The notes below the pieces were generated by a model that searched no databases, was not told the DNA's origin, and saw only the letters and a list, made by a program, of their open reading frames with translations. Below are positions 14,893-26,700 of a stretch of 64,000 nucleotides of DNA, piece by piece; the first letter of the stretch is position 1; each line of letters opens with the position of its first letter. Origin of the DNA: Tubulanus polymorphus (taxonomy: Eukaryota; Animalia; Nemertea). The position numbers and the translations under genes were made by a program. The stretch lies in NCBI RefSeq assembly GCF_964204645.1, contig NC_134029.1, forward strand, positions 4,030,001 to 4,094,000, in the 5' to 3' direction.

Positions 14893-14965
14893 ACGGAGAT
14901 ATTGAGATTAACACCGCGCGAACTTTTAGTCTTTACCGATATCATATAGAAATACACGGAGCGAA

Positions 14966-17900
14966 ATGGCAAATAGTCGAGATTCGCGAACACCGTCACC
15001 GACTCCGGTTGCAGAGAAACTTAATTCGCCATTCAGCATGGATAGAATCCTTGGTAGAGATCGTTCGCCCCCACACAGAATTACCGGTAAGTGAATATCT
15101 TCAACAATTTCCGAGGATTAACGTACAGATTACCTCTCTGTAAGTTTTCCAAAAATCTATAATAGCGAATCTATTTCTTTTTTTTCTGAAAATAGGTATT
15201 TCAGTAACAGAGAGTTCGCCTTGCAAAAGGAAATCGCCATCGCCAGATGTCGCTAGCCAAACCGGTACAGACACAGTAGACGGCACGCTGATGGATCATT
15301 GGGATCGGCCCCGAAAAAGTTCCCGACGAAACCGCACAAATTTTACTTCGTATCAGCTGGACGTTTTAGAAGACGCATTCAGAACAAGTCAGTATCCTGA
15401 TGTTTACAGTAGAGAAGAGATCGCCATGAAACTCAACCTCAGCGAAGCTCGTGTTCAGGTATAATCGCCATTCAATCATTCTATTTCTTGAAAAGTTGCC
15501 TAGCTTTTAATCTTAACTAAACAACGCAATGGTTTCCATCTATCATTTACAGTTAAGATGTAGAAATGATTTAGGTTTTTATTGAATTCTAGTTTTTGCA
15601 TAACCATAGAATGTATAACTAGAGTATACACCAGCTTATTAGCATAGGAAGTTAATTCAACTAAGGAAACCTCATAACTTCTGGTAATAGCGAACAATCT
15701 CTAGATTTAGGTGCAGATCTAAGCGTTATAACCACATACATTCCGTGAATTAGATTGCGAAGCATTCGTTCGTTCAAAACCATTAAGCATTTAGTTTCTC
15801 GAAATCCGTTAACGCCATTAGTTTGTGTGTATAGACTGTATCGGATCATCGTAGCTTCCCTTTTGAATAGATGACAAGCGAATCCCGTTGACAAAGCTAC
15901 CTCCAATTTTGATACACTAGAATCGATACGAAATAAGTCTGAATTTACCGAATAATTAACACCCTTTCTTTCATCCGTCGCGTTCGATCATTAACAGTCT
16001 ATTCGAAGCAGGAGTAATTACCTGATTAAGGATTTTGTTGTTCTCGCCAACGATTGTTCTATTATGTCGTGTGACGAGTTGTCGTTATTATCAATTATTC
16101 ATTCGCCTAGTTTCCTTCATGGACAAAATGCATCAATAGCATCACACAAATAACGGCCTCGAAAATTGAATTGTCGTTATGTTTGAATCTAGTTCTTACG
16201 TTTCTCCCTATCACCGCCGATTAAAACGTATTTTTTCCAGTTGAAACTTGATAGATTGAAATACAAAAATATAATTAATACGTAAAAAATGATATTCGTA
16301 TGGCATGTTGGCATATTCGTGGTCAAAAACTCAAATACATGTACTGCATACATTATTCTATTATGGAAATTGGGATGGTATGTACTGTTAGCATAAAGGT
16401 GAATACCAGCATCAAATCTGCTAGATTTATACGATTCGATCAATTCGAATAAGAAAATATTTAAATCTATTCTATATCATGCTTATCAGAATTTGCATAT
16501 ATGTCTCGATAATGTGTAACGAATGACGTTTTGATTGTTTTTGACGGCGAATCGTTTGTTTAACGAGACGTGGAGAGATACGATTCATTGACAATACCAG
16601 CGGGTGGGACCGGGCTTGCCTTTATGTAATTCACGATTATTAATCCTTTGACATCTGACACCATGCCACATAACAATTGCTACCAAACATATCGGATTTA
16701 TTCATGTATAGCTAACCAAAATTCATCCTTATACCTTGGGATTAAGTATAGACGATCCATATTCAACATGTCTGACTAGATTCCATAGTTCAGTATTGGA
16801 TAATTAATTTTGATTATTTGGTTCAAGTTCAAGTTCATTTATTTCATAGGAAAGAACGTACGACATAATAATATTTACAATTACGGAATTTAGAAAAGTG
16901 TGATTTTTTGATAAAATGTATGATGAAGGCCAAACAAAGCCTAAAGGCCCCTAAAGCGCGCACCCATGAAAGATCGAGTTCTTGTCGAGTCATCTGCAGA
17001 AATTTAATTCTTTCATTTCAACGGCAATATCTCATGTATCACCTACCTGCTAATCGAAGAAGTAATATATATATATTTTATTAGTAATATATATTTTATT
17101 AAAACGAAACCACAACGTTTCGGTTGTTGACGGACAGCCATCATCAGGTATTCCACCTGATGATGGCTGTTAGTTTCGTTTTAAATTATTTCATATAAAT
17201 TCAAATTGGGAGTGTTTCATTCGACTACTATCTACCTGCTGTTTTATATTCTATTCTCAGCTGTATTTCATCACTATCGATAAAGTCTGTTGTATTGTTT
17301 TTTTATGCAACATAGTGCAAACAGATATTATTATTATTAATATCATTATTATCATTATTATTATTATTATTATTATCATTAGTAGTATCGATACCATAAA
17401 CGTAGAATTCAAACATGAATAACTTGTCAACTATATAGAAATAGTTGAAAGTGTGAAATTACGGTGGCGTTTTGAAAATATTGATGGCAAAATAAGAAAT
17501 CGAAATAACAAATACACATTAAATCTAGTTTATCAAAGGTTTCGAGGGGATTTTCCATTTAGAAGCGAGAACAATACTACAACATGGCAACTGTGGGTTA
17601 CTACGCGTGTATCGAATAAATCACAACGGGAATCACTATGAGAGGTCTAAACTAGTCGTCGATTTCGTTATCGATATATCTTAAACATCCCTGATATGAT
17701 CTACAAGGCCAGATTATCCGATTTGGTTTAATGCGATGACGGAGTTGTTTCTAAGTGAACTGATCAGCGATCTAACTGTGGCTTTCTTTAATTGTATTTT
17801 TCAGGTGTGGTTTCAAAATAAACGGGCTAGGTTTCGCCGACAAGAAAAACAAATTCCATCCAATAGCGACGACTCGCATCTCCTGAAACACCATCCGCCA

Positions 17901-18320
17901 TCGACGTTGTTTGCCAGTCAAAATATTCGGTCAACTTCCGGCCCGGCGCTGCCTAATATGAACCCCGTAGCAGCGCCCTGGCCGAGCCCAGCGATGATGC
18001 AATATTACGCGCACATGCAAACGATTGCAGCGTTGCAGGCTCGATTCCAGATCGGTCGGGCACCGGTGCCCTTAAACTTCAACGGACTTTCCGGTCACTA
18101 CCCTCAATTCAGTGCGGTTAATATGGCCAGTCGCCAGTTCCACGCGCACGCAACAACATCCTCGATCGATTCGCCGCTGAATTTGACAGTGAAACAGAGC
18201 CATCTAGCGACACCCACTGACTCGATTCGACGCGAAACTCACGTGAAGTCAGACGATCAAGATTCAGGAATCGAAAACGAAACCGACTCGACCGCTAGTC
18301 CGATGAAAACCACCGAATAG
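14966..18320 (+). CDS. Divergent PRD-class Q50 homeobox protein in the rx position (Rx-like/Hbn-like mosaic); 3 exons join(14966..15086,15196..15458,17805..18320), 299 aa
   Basis: Open frame across GT-AG introns with the same phases as hbn and otp; exons 1-2 are missed by the ORF track. eh1-like FSMDRILG in exon 1. [48 protein letters not shown]|[14 protein letters not shown]. No intact OAR. AATAAA at 18543. Gene structure is confident; family assignment is not. Confidence 0.88.
16821..16845 (-). mobile_element. Possible 3' tail of a CR1/L2-type LINE
   Basis: Minus strand reads AATAAA followed by (TGAACT)x3-like tandem units, a common 3' end of such LINEs; no coding remnant recognised. Confidence 0.3.
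17052..17231 (-). mobile_element. Penelope-like element remnant with inverted segment and minimal hammerhead-ribozyme-like motif
   Basis: Perfect 16-bp inverted repeat 17134-17149/17155-17170; outer inverted repeat 17100-17110/17173-17183; minus strand CTGATGA...GAAACGTTG; flanking direct repeat CTACCTGCT at 17043-17051 and 17232-17240. Confidence 0.6.
17326..17381. repeat. (ATT/ATC)n microsatellite
   Basis: Imperfect run of TAT/CAT trinucleotides in intron 2 of the second homeobox gene. Confidence 0.85.
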
Positions 18321-18542
18321 GTCAAGCAATTCAGTGATTTAGGTGAAATAGACTGATTTCTCACATTCATGAATATAAGATTATCTATATTCTATATATC
18401 TGGGTTCAAAATAATTCAGATTGAAAATGATGCATTTATCAATGGTGATTTGCATTTAGGTGTCAGCTGGTATATTTATATACAGTGTACTCAATTAAAT
18501 ACAATGTATAATACTATTTTTATGCTGTTTTCTGTGTTATTG

Positions 18543-18548
18543 AATAAA
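18543..18548 (+). terminator. Candidate polyadenylation signal of the second homeobox gene
   Basis: AATAAA about 220 nt after the stop, at the end of an AU-rich UTR-like stretch. Confidence 0.5.
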
Positions 18549-21429
18549 ATTCATAGATATTTATTTAATTCGGAAATCAATGACTAATTTCCTATGGGTT
18601 TGATCAACCAGAAGCTTATATTAACAAGGACACCGTGTTTTTCGCCAAATCAAGCCGCTAAAATAAACCATAAGTTACAATGAATTAAGTCGCGGAAATC
18701 AGAGGATTTTTTACTCGCAATCTGCTTATATTGCGATGTGCTTGATAAGTAATTCAGCCAGATGCCAAAATAATGAGCAGGAAATTTCGCAAATTTGTCC
18801 TAATTCAAAAAGGCAAAATCGACATCGATCGGTCCTAGTAAAACATGTAAAAAAATAGGATCTTTCCCCCACTCCGAAGCCATTTTCAGCGTTCCAGTTC
18901 AACCGATCACGTGGGAGTGTGGGACTTCTATACAAATGGATGATAATAAGTAGTTACATTATTCCAAGTTTTTTTTTTCTAATGGATCAAGTAGATAAAA
19001 CATTTCTCAGAATCTGATGAAAAATTTCACACCACGGCCTAGAGCAGGTAGATTTCGCTTTGGCAGGTTTATGCAAAATTTCAACGAATCTTTTTGCATA
19101 GTTTTTTTTTGGAATAGATTTACCACAATAAGCTTATGAATATCAGCGGCACGATGAATTTATGAATATAGATCCCATCAAAAATTGTAAAATCAGAATG
19201 TCACTCTGTATAAGTATGATTAGCTCCTAATATACATGTGTCATCTTGCCGCAGAAAGAGAATTATATCATGAAATCTGTATTTTGTGATACATCATTCA
19301 AATGAACGTTATTACTTTCCGATTAAGCAAAAGACCATCTGCTTCTTTAAATCTCTTCTCGTTAGCATAGGGGCATATTAACAATATCATTTTTTGTGCG
19401 GACGCGTGAAATCTGGCGTTAAAGCGCATTGGCAGATTAATTTTGGGAAATTTTAATTCACATTTCAATTCAGTGCCAATGACTCTAGCCTTTTGTTTGT
19501 GCGGTGTATCTATATGTAACAGTGTTCCCCGCTCGTCCGTGTCTCGACAGGGAACACCGTAAAATAATCTAATTGCGCGAAACACGAGCTGTAATTCGTT
19601 AATTCTCGTCGCGCAAATGGGCAACACGGATCGACCGGAAGTAGCAAACATGGCGCATAACGGCAGACCAGAATACAGATGAGCAGACGAATAAACTTGA
19701 CTCGACCAAACATTCCGTGACAAGAATATTATTACAGTTCATCTCTGAATGTCGTATATTTAGAATCTGCAATAGCATCCACGGGAGCTTACGTTACAGT
19801 CAGATTGTCTGTAAACCGTGAAATATCATCGGCAAAAATCTGTCAAGCGATAAGAAGATTTTCGAAATTCTTATTCACTTGGTTTAAATCAATGCTATAC
19901 TATGCCACGCCAGACCATGCTGTTTTCCTTCTAAACGAAAACAATATTTTTGCCCGGGATCTAAATGATAAACCTACCTCGCTAACTCGGAGTTAACCCT
20001 AACTCACAACAGTGGAACTGCATCCAGATTATCACATCAGCAATTCTCTTTCACTTTTGGTCTTCTTTACAGAGGGGAAAATACGGCGTATGCATAAAAA
20101 GTATCACCCAGCCCCCGAAACGTCTTCAAAAGAAACTTTCTATTTGTATCGATTGGTTGATCATCTGGAATATGTAGCGCCACAAAGAATTTCCCAGCGA
20201 TTTGCAACGGGGTTTTTATTAATATTTGTATTGAACTAATTCTCCATTCTCTATGAAATGATCAAAGCGGAAACTGAAGGGAAAGTCGCCGTGAAAGACT
20301 GCCTCGTTATCGAACAGATCCCTCTGAGAACCGGAAGTGAAATGATTACCGACATTCGGTCGGTTAAATGTCGTAAATTGGTCGTTGTCGCAATTACGAG
20401 CTTGATAAAATTCTTTTGTGTCGATAATTTGATCTCTTGGTGGATTCTGTGCCGATATTAAGTTACGCCTTAGTCAGCGTTTGATACACACACGCGCGTG
20501 CGCCGTCCTGAAAAGAAGAACGCCTTAATCTCTAAGAAGAAAACGACTTCCAAAAATATTCTCTCTAGCTCTTAAGCACGTGGTTCATCCGTCGATATAT
20601 CTACTGTGATCATTACGATTAAAGAGACATTACTCACTCACTCAAATCACACCGAAATTCTCCACATGTAAAATCCACAATCTGTATTTTTGCAATCGAG
20701 CGACACATGCCGTAACCGACTTGTATGAAAAACTTTCATATGTAAGTGACATTATTAAATTGATAAGTACCATTAAATCGCGTTTTCTCCAATTAGTGGA
20801 ATAAGCGATGTCATCATACTTATTTAATGAGCGCAATATTTTCGATATGTTTTCACTTGTTATATAAAAGGGGGTTGTTAGTGCATTATGTGTTGGGACG
20901 ACACGCTTTAATTAACTGACGCATAGAAACTGGAGTGCAGTTTAATTACCACTTACAAACACTGCGGCGAAGAAAACCAATCGGCGCTGAAGTGACTGTT
21001 TAAATACCAGTATAGCGAAATATAACGAGTTCAAAAGACTTGATTGTCTACCACTAAAAATTAATTAGGATTTGCAGTAGTTTATTAATTCTCGTTGGTA
21101 CGCAAGACACTTTTCGAATTGGAGTGTTTGATGATAAACCAACAGCGATGGTGTCTATCTGGATGAGGGCTGTAATACACGATACACTGTTCTGGTTGTT
21201 TTCCCGTTAGATTACCGATGTAATGTGGTGCTGGCAACGAAATGAAAGGGAAATATAGGGACAGTAACAACCTAGGGGCCGATTAGCCCTCTAACATAAC
21301 TATTTGAGGCACTGGAAGTGATTCAAAATGTGGAAAGATACCAATACCAGCACCGATCTCCTAACTTACCATGAAAATGAAATTATCCTCTGAAATTAGG
21401 CTGTTACTTTTTTTTCGAGTATTGTTTTG

Positions 21430-21635
21430 ATCTTGAATTTTCCCTCTTATTCATAGACGATTGATTAATCTTGAGTTGATTTGAATTTTATTTCCCTTAC
21501 TGACCCACCACACCTGCCGGGAACGAAACCGAGGTTGAAACCGTAAATCGAAGCACAGATATCGTTGGACGATTGGTCGAATTAACAGAATCTTGTTTTT
21601 TGTGTCGAAGTGTACGATTTGAAATTTCGGATATT
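21430..21635 (-). repeat. Dispersed repeat family A, copy 1 (inverted)
   Basis: Plus strand CCCTTACTGACCCACCACACCTGCCGGGAACGAAAC...TCGAAGCACAGATA is the reverse complement of the core at 23641-23720. Confidence 0.65.
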
Positions 21636-23547
21636 TTCGTGTATATATTGTTAATCGGAATGTTCAGACGGTTAACAAAAGCAGGTGTTTCGAGCGGCGT
21701 TCTCCGCGTGTTGTGGGTCGTGAAATAGTCAAAACAAACGTTCGCAGAAACCCATGTTCAAACAAAGTTCTTTGTCTATTGGGCAATTAATTTCGAAATA
21801 AACTACTCCCTAAAAGTTACACATATAAATAAGTCTCTATTTCGAGCCGACGCGGGACTCGTTAGATCAAGGCGCAATGTGGTGAATATTTACTTATGAT
21901 AACAGGCACTGATGAATTATGTGTCAATATATTCTCGCAAGCTGCTCAGATACAATGTCAATATTAAACGCTATTAAGAATCATTACAGGCAATTAGTCA
22001 CAGAAACCAATGCAACCGTTAAATCATCGCTACCGTTATCCATTCTTTCGCGTTGCCCTGGTGGCGTCTTTCGGGGACACGTCATTCTAGACAGGGTTGT
22101 TGGTATCCCCCACTCCAGATGGGGAGGTGTTGGGCACAACGAATGATACATTCTCGGGGAACCGAACTATCACATCTGGCAGGAGTTGGGTTCATCCAAC
22201 GTAATAGGGCATCATTATAGTTACAGAACAGTTGTTAGTTAGTTGATGACAGTTAGTTGAAGAGTGTGCTACTGTCACGCCGTCGCGAACGGAAACCTTA
22301 AATGACACCTATTGGTAGATGTTGGAACCATAACCAAAGCTATCACTGGTGTTGCCATCTGACGTTCGGTCGCTGAAATATCTTCCATATTTCTCGCACA
22401 ATTCATTTTGTACAAAAATCATTACAATCTAGAACAAGGCTCTGGCCGCATAAACACTATAATCTATTTCAAAAACTCACTAATAGAACTGCCTAAACCA
22501 AGAAATAATACTACAACAAAATCTTCATATTTGGAGTCTTAACAATATAGTTATACATCTGAACGTAAGCGGACTTAATACAGTAATACGATTCACAATC
22601 GACACCATTAGTGTAGTCTATTTATTAACTAGCCAAACGCCTGTTTTACACCTACTTATCCTGATTTTGACACTTGATGTATGTTCTGATTTTGATCGAA
22701 CCGGGATGACGGTCTATCAATACGCATATGCATAGAACACTGTCTGACCACTTTTGCTAAATATCATCACATACACATTAGTTTACTGTTTCTGATGTTT
22801 CGACTGTAAACTCAGTCTCATTGCCGCGATAGCTGGAACGCTGCCTCCGTTTTTGGCTTCAGGATAGCAAGCTCCGTACGCAATGGTGGCTGGAAAGTTG
22901 CCTCTTGACATCGGTCTCATCAAAAACTACCAAAAACCTAATCGTGACAATGTAAATAAAACCCGATCAAGACTGTATATACGTTAGTGTACAAACATGT
23001 ATTCAATATTCACGTGCCTGTGCCGCTTTCTTACTGACGGTGTATCAATGCGCATAGTACTGTCCGTTTGATTGCGACGCATCCACCTAACTATGCACTG
23101 TATATTAGAAACACAAACTGCTCCCTGTGTACAACTTTTACTTTTAGGCAAACTCAGCACCAGATGTGAATCAACTGCGCACCCCTTGACGGATAAACCC
23201 ATCCTCATCGGAGCTACACCGTCGATGTCATACAACTACACTTCGGATACCCCAGGACCGGATACTCTCATTTGGAAAATTTGCGTTTCGAAATGTGCTT
23301 CCTTTCTATCTAGTCAAAACGCAGGACAATCAACTTAGAGGACTTCTACATCAACATCTACCCGAGATAAAACTAAAATAAACTATCGGACTATTTGCAC
23401 GTAGAAAACGACCAAAAAAAATTGAAAATGGACAAAATGATCTTCAACCTTGTAATATAGCTATTTCTAAAATTTCGATGTATTAGATTAGGCAGCCAAG
23501 AAAATTCAACCCAATTAGTCGCTTGTGCCGGTTCAGACTGAATGGAA

Positions 23548-23783
23548 GATTGTTTGAATGAACCGGAACCGGATTTCCCGATTATGTACTTCGATTTAAA
23601 CAAAATACTTTTGTAAACTCGACCGCCGATCACACAACTATATCTGTACTTCGATTTCCGATTTCAAAATCAAACACCCTGTTTCGCTCCCGGCTGGTGT
23701 GGTGGAGTCTGTAAGGGACACCCAATCAAAAAATCAAACGAAATTTTCCAACCAAATAAGTAACAGGGACAATCCCTATTTTA
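23548..23783 (+). repeat. Dispersed repeat family A, copy 2 (about 235 bp, reference orientation)
   Basis: Core TATCTGTACTTCGATTTCCG...GTTTCGCTCCCGGCTGGTGTGGTGG...GTAAGGGACAC; end TAACAGGGACAATCCCTATT shared with the copy at 56.2 kb. Confidence 0.75.
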
Positions 23784-26700
23784 ACATCAATAAAGAAATA
23801 TATTTCCTTTTCGTGTAATCCGATAGATGGAGAAGGAGAAAATCCTACAATGAATCTAGAATAAAAGACGAAATTTCTGTTAGATACGAATATATTTCTG
23901 CAACATATCAGCAAATATCTAATAACCACCATCAGGCATGCCGTAAAGTATGAAATAGCCATCATCAATTTGCCTGATGAGGGCTATTGGCTAATATTCA
24001 CATCTATTTGAACATCTTTATTTTCATTGGATTTATTGTGGGATTTTCTACTGAATTCATATATATTAGACGGAAATTGTGAATTAGCTCGACCGATAGA
24101 TGGAGAACGTGTACAACGCGACATGACGTTCTAAGCGACAAAACTTTGATCGTGGATCGGTTAAATGGTAGCGCTCCGAATAAATACAAGGGAGATGAGC
24201 CGTATCCTATCACATTACCTTTACTGTGGTCTGGTCAAGGTTTCATAACCCACATTGCCCACAATTGACTTTTTTGCTTGATATTCCAGGATATGTGTAA
24301 ATCATCGGTTCCAAGTTGTTTTCAAAAGTAGAAAAATGATAAGAATACAAATCGCCCAAGGACATTCCTCCACCACCACTGAAATTTGGACGGGCCCATC
24401 AAAATATGATGCCAGAAAATTCCTGATTGACCTTTTCGATTGGATTTACAATTTTTCAAAATGGACTATGCGGTTCTTCGCATCTTCGGCACGATTCGCA
24501 CATGTTATTGGCGCAAGGGCCCTTTATGGATCCGCCCTTGATAGCTTCACGGCTCAGTGTATGCTTAATTCCAATTGGAATTTGTTTAACCGATTGCAAA
24601 AAAAGATTTCTCTTAAATGTCCGTCATCCTGATTTTGTGAAAATTGAAAGCAGCTTCTAAAAGAATCAAGACGGCGTTCGATTTTGTTCAATCGCGTCGG
24701 TATCTAATTGAAAATGAATATGACGTAACCGAATGAGACAAGCTCCGATGAGCCCACGATTCTCGGAGACGAAATCCGTAATTTACCTCGAATCTGCGGC
24801 GATTAGCGACGACAAGATTCAGCGACCGCCTCATATTACTGCTGAAAATCAACGCAATCGTGGCTTTATAAATTTGATTAGTATCAATAAATTCACCGTG
24901 TTAGCCTAATGCGTTCCATTTCGGTGTAAATGGAATGCGTCGTTTTAGCCGATTCGTAGCCAATTTCATCTCATTTTGCCTCATCAGCGAATTCATTTAA
25001 CCTTACTTTTATGCCGGCTAAAACAAGTGACTGCAGTAAAAACCGAGCTTCATTTATTCGGAACATGAAGTCATCTTTTATTTGCTAGGTTCTATTTGCC
25101 GAGACCCAGAACGGGCAATGCTGATGTCAATTTTCGCAAGTAAATAGCCTATTAACTCGGCAGGGTAATGTAAAATGCAAATTTAGCAACAGTGCCGCTA
25201 AAACAAATAAAATGACAGTAACTAAAGAATTGATAAATGGCAACTTGGGGAGTATATTAAGGGACTTTTTATGATCCACCGAGTTCGTTTCATCGCAAAA
25301 TATTCGACCATGCGTCGACAAGTGTACACTTATTGTACAGGGTTTCGTTTCCGCGTACATAAAAATCGTGATTAAAACCAGATTAATGTCGTTATCGAAT
25401 TTTCATAAATGAAAATTGATCGTTCATTTGCATCGTTCGATCTACAAAATCGGATGATATCATAATCAAAATGGAACTTCTTTTTTTTTAATATCGAATA
25501 CGATTCATTTTCTCGAATGCGTATGTTTTGTAAGGAGAAAATCCCCAATCTATCCCTGCGTTTCGAAAGTTCCGTATTAAGTTCCGGTTGCAGGAGATGA
25601 CAACCATCCCTTTTTCAGCCGACAGAGATGTCCCCCACGCGCGCTGTCTTTACACTTCAATTACCGCAAACGATAGATGCTTTTACGGCTTTAACTTTAG
25701 AGATTTTTATCAGACGATTTCTTGCCATTACCGGCAGAAATTAGGAGTTAATTATTTAATGCATTGGCCGGAGATGGGAACCGATAGAACGGGAAGGTGC
25801 CGGTATAGTGGACGAATCAGTTTTTTGCCGGTCGTGTGACAAGTGAAAGGAAAGTAGGAACCGAGACGGCACAATGTTGACATTTAAAGTTCAATCAGTT
25901 GAAAAGGTAGTCTCTCTTGTCATGTGATGTCGTCTTGACTGAGAACATTATATCAGTAGAAATATGGATGTGAATAAAACAAAACCACTAGATCATTTGA
26001 ATGATCCCAATGCAAGGTTAAGGAGCCGAATATTGTCTCCCACCATGTTTGGTACTCACACACCGAGCACAGTTCCAGAAAATCATTTTTATCATCATTT
26101 TTTTCTCTCAGGGCAACCAATTTCCACAAATGAATTTGAGGTTGACTTGTTGATGTCAATATAGAAATATGGCATTTCTAACTTCTTGCTTGAGTGAAAT
26201 CATGGACTCTAAAACGAAAGGGTGAAATGGTGAAATCTACCATTGTCGTTCTGTTTTTCTGTGATAGCTAATCATATGCTCCCAATCCAAGAAGATCCAG
26301 TGAAGTACAATAATAACAGGTTTCTCTTATTTCATGACTCAGTCTTAGAGTTAAATGAAAATAAATGTGCTAAAATTGCGTGGTCAGTATATGACATTTT
26401 ATTTCGCAGTAAAGCGTATAGATGTTACCCGTAGCACCATCACTTCCGTCGCAGAAGCTTTCGCTAATATGTAACCAAGGCATCGTCAAAAGGTGACGAT
26501 GGACGTCTTCCTGAACAGGGTTCCATAGTTCTGGATTTAGGAATAATTAGGATTGACCATATCAAATGATTAAGTTGACTACCTAGATCAGAACCAATGG
26601 AAACATTTTTTTCAGAAAACAGCTATGATAAGTTGCAACTTCTCAATAAGTACGAACAAGTTAGGATGATCGCGATGATGTTGATGAAACGCCTTGATCG

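Noticed and set aside
14966-18320. Confident symbol rx for the middle gene
   Set aside because: It lacks HYP, LPEVRVQ, the KKKH linker, a clear Rx domain and the OAR, and its flanks resemble Hbn.
19298-19723. 141-aa minus-strand ORF
   Set aside because: No recognisable domain, coding-like composition or splice partners; likely a chance ORF.
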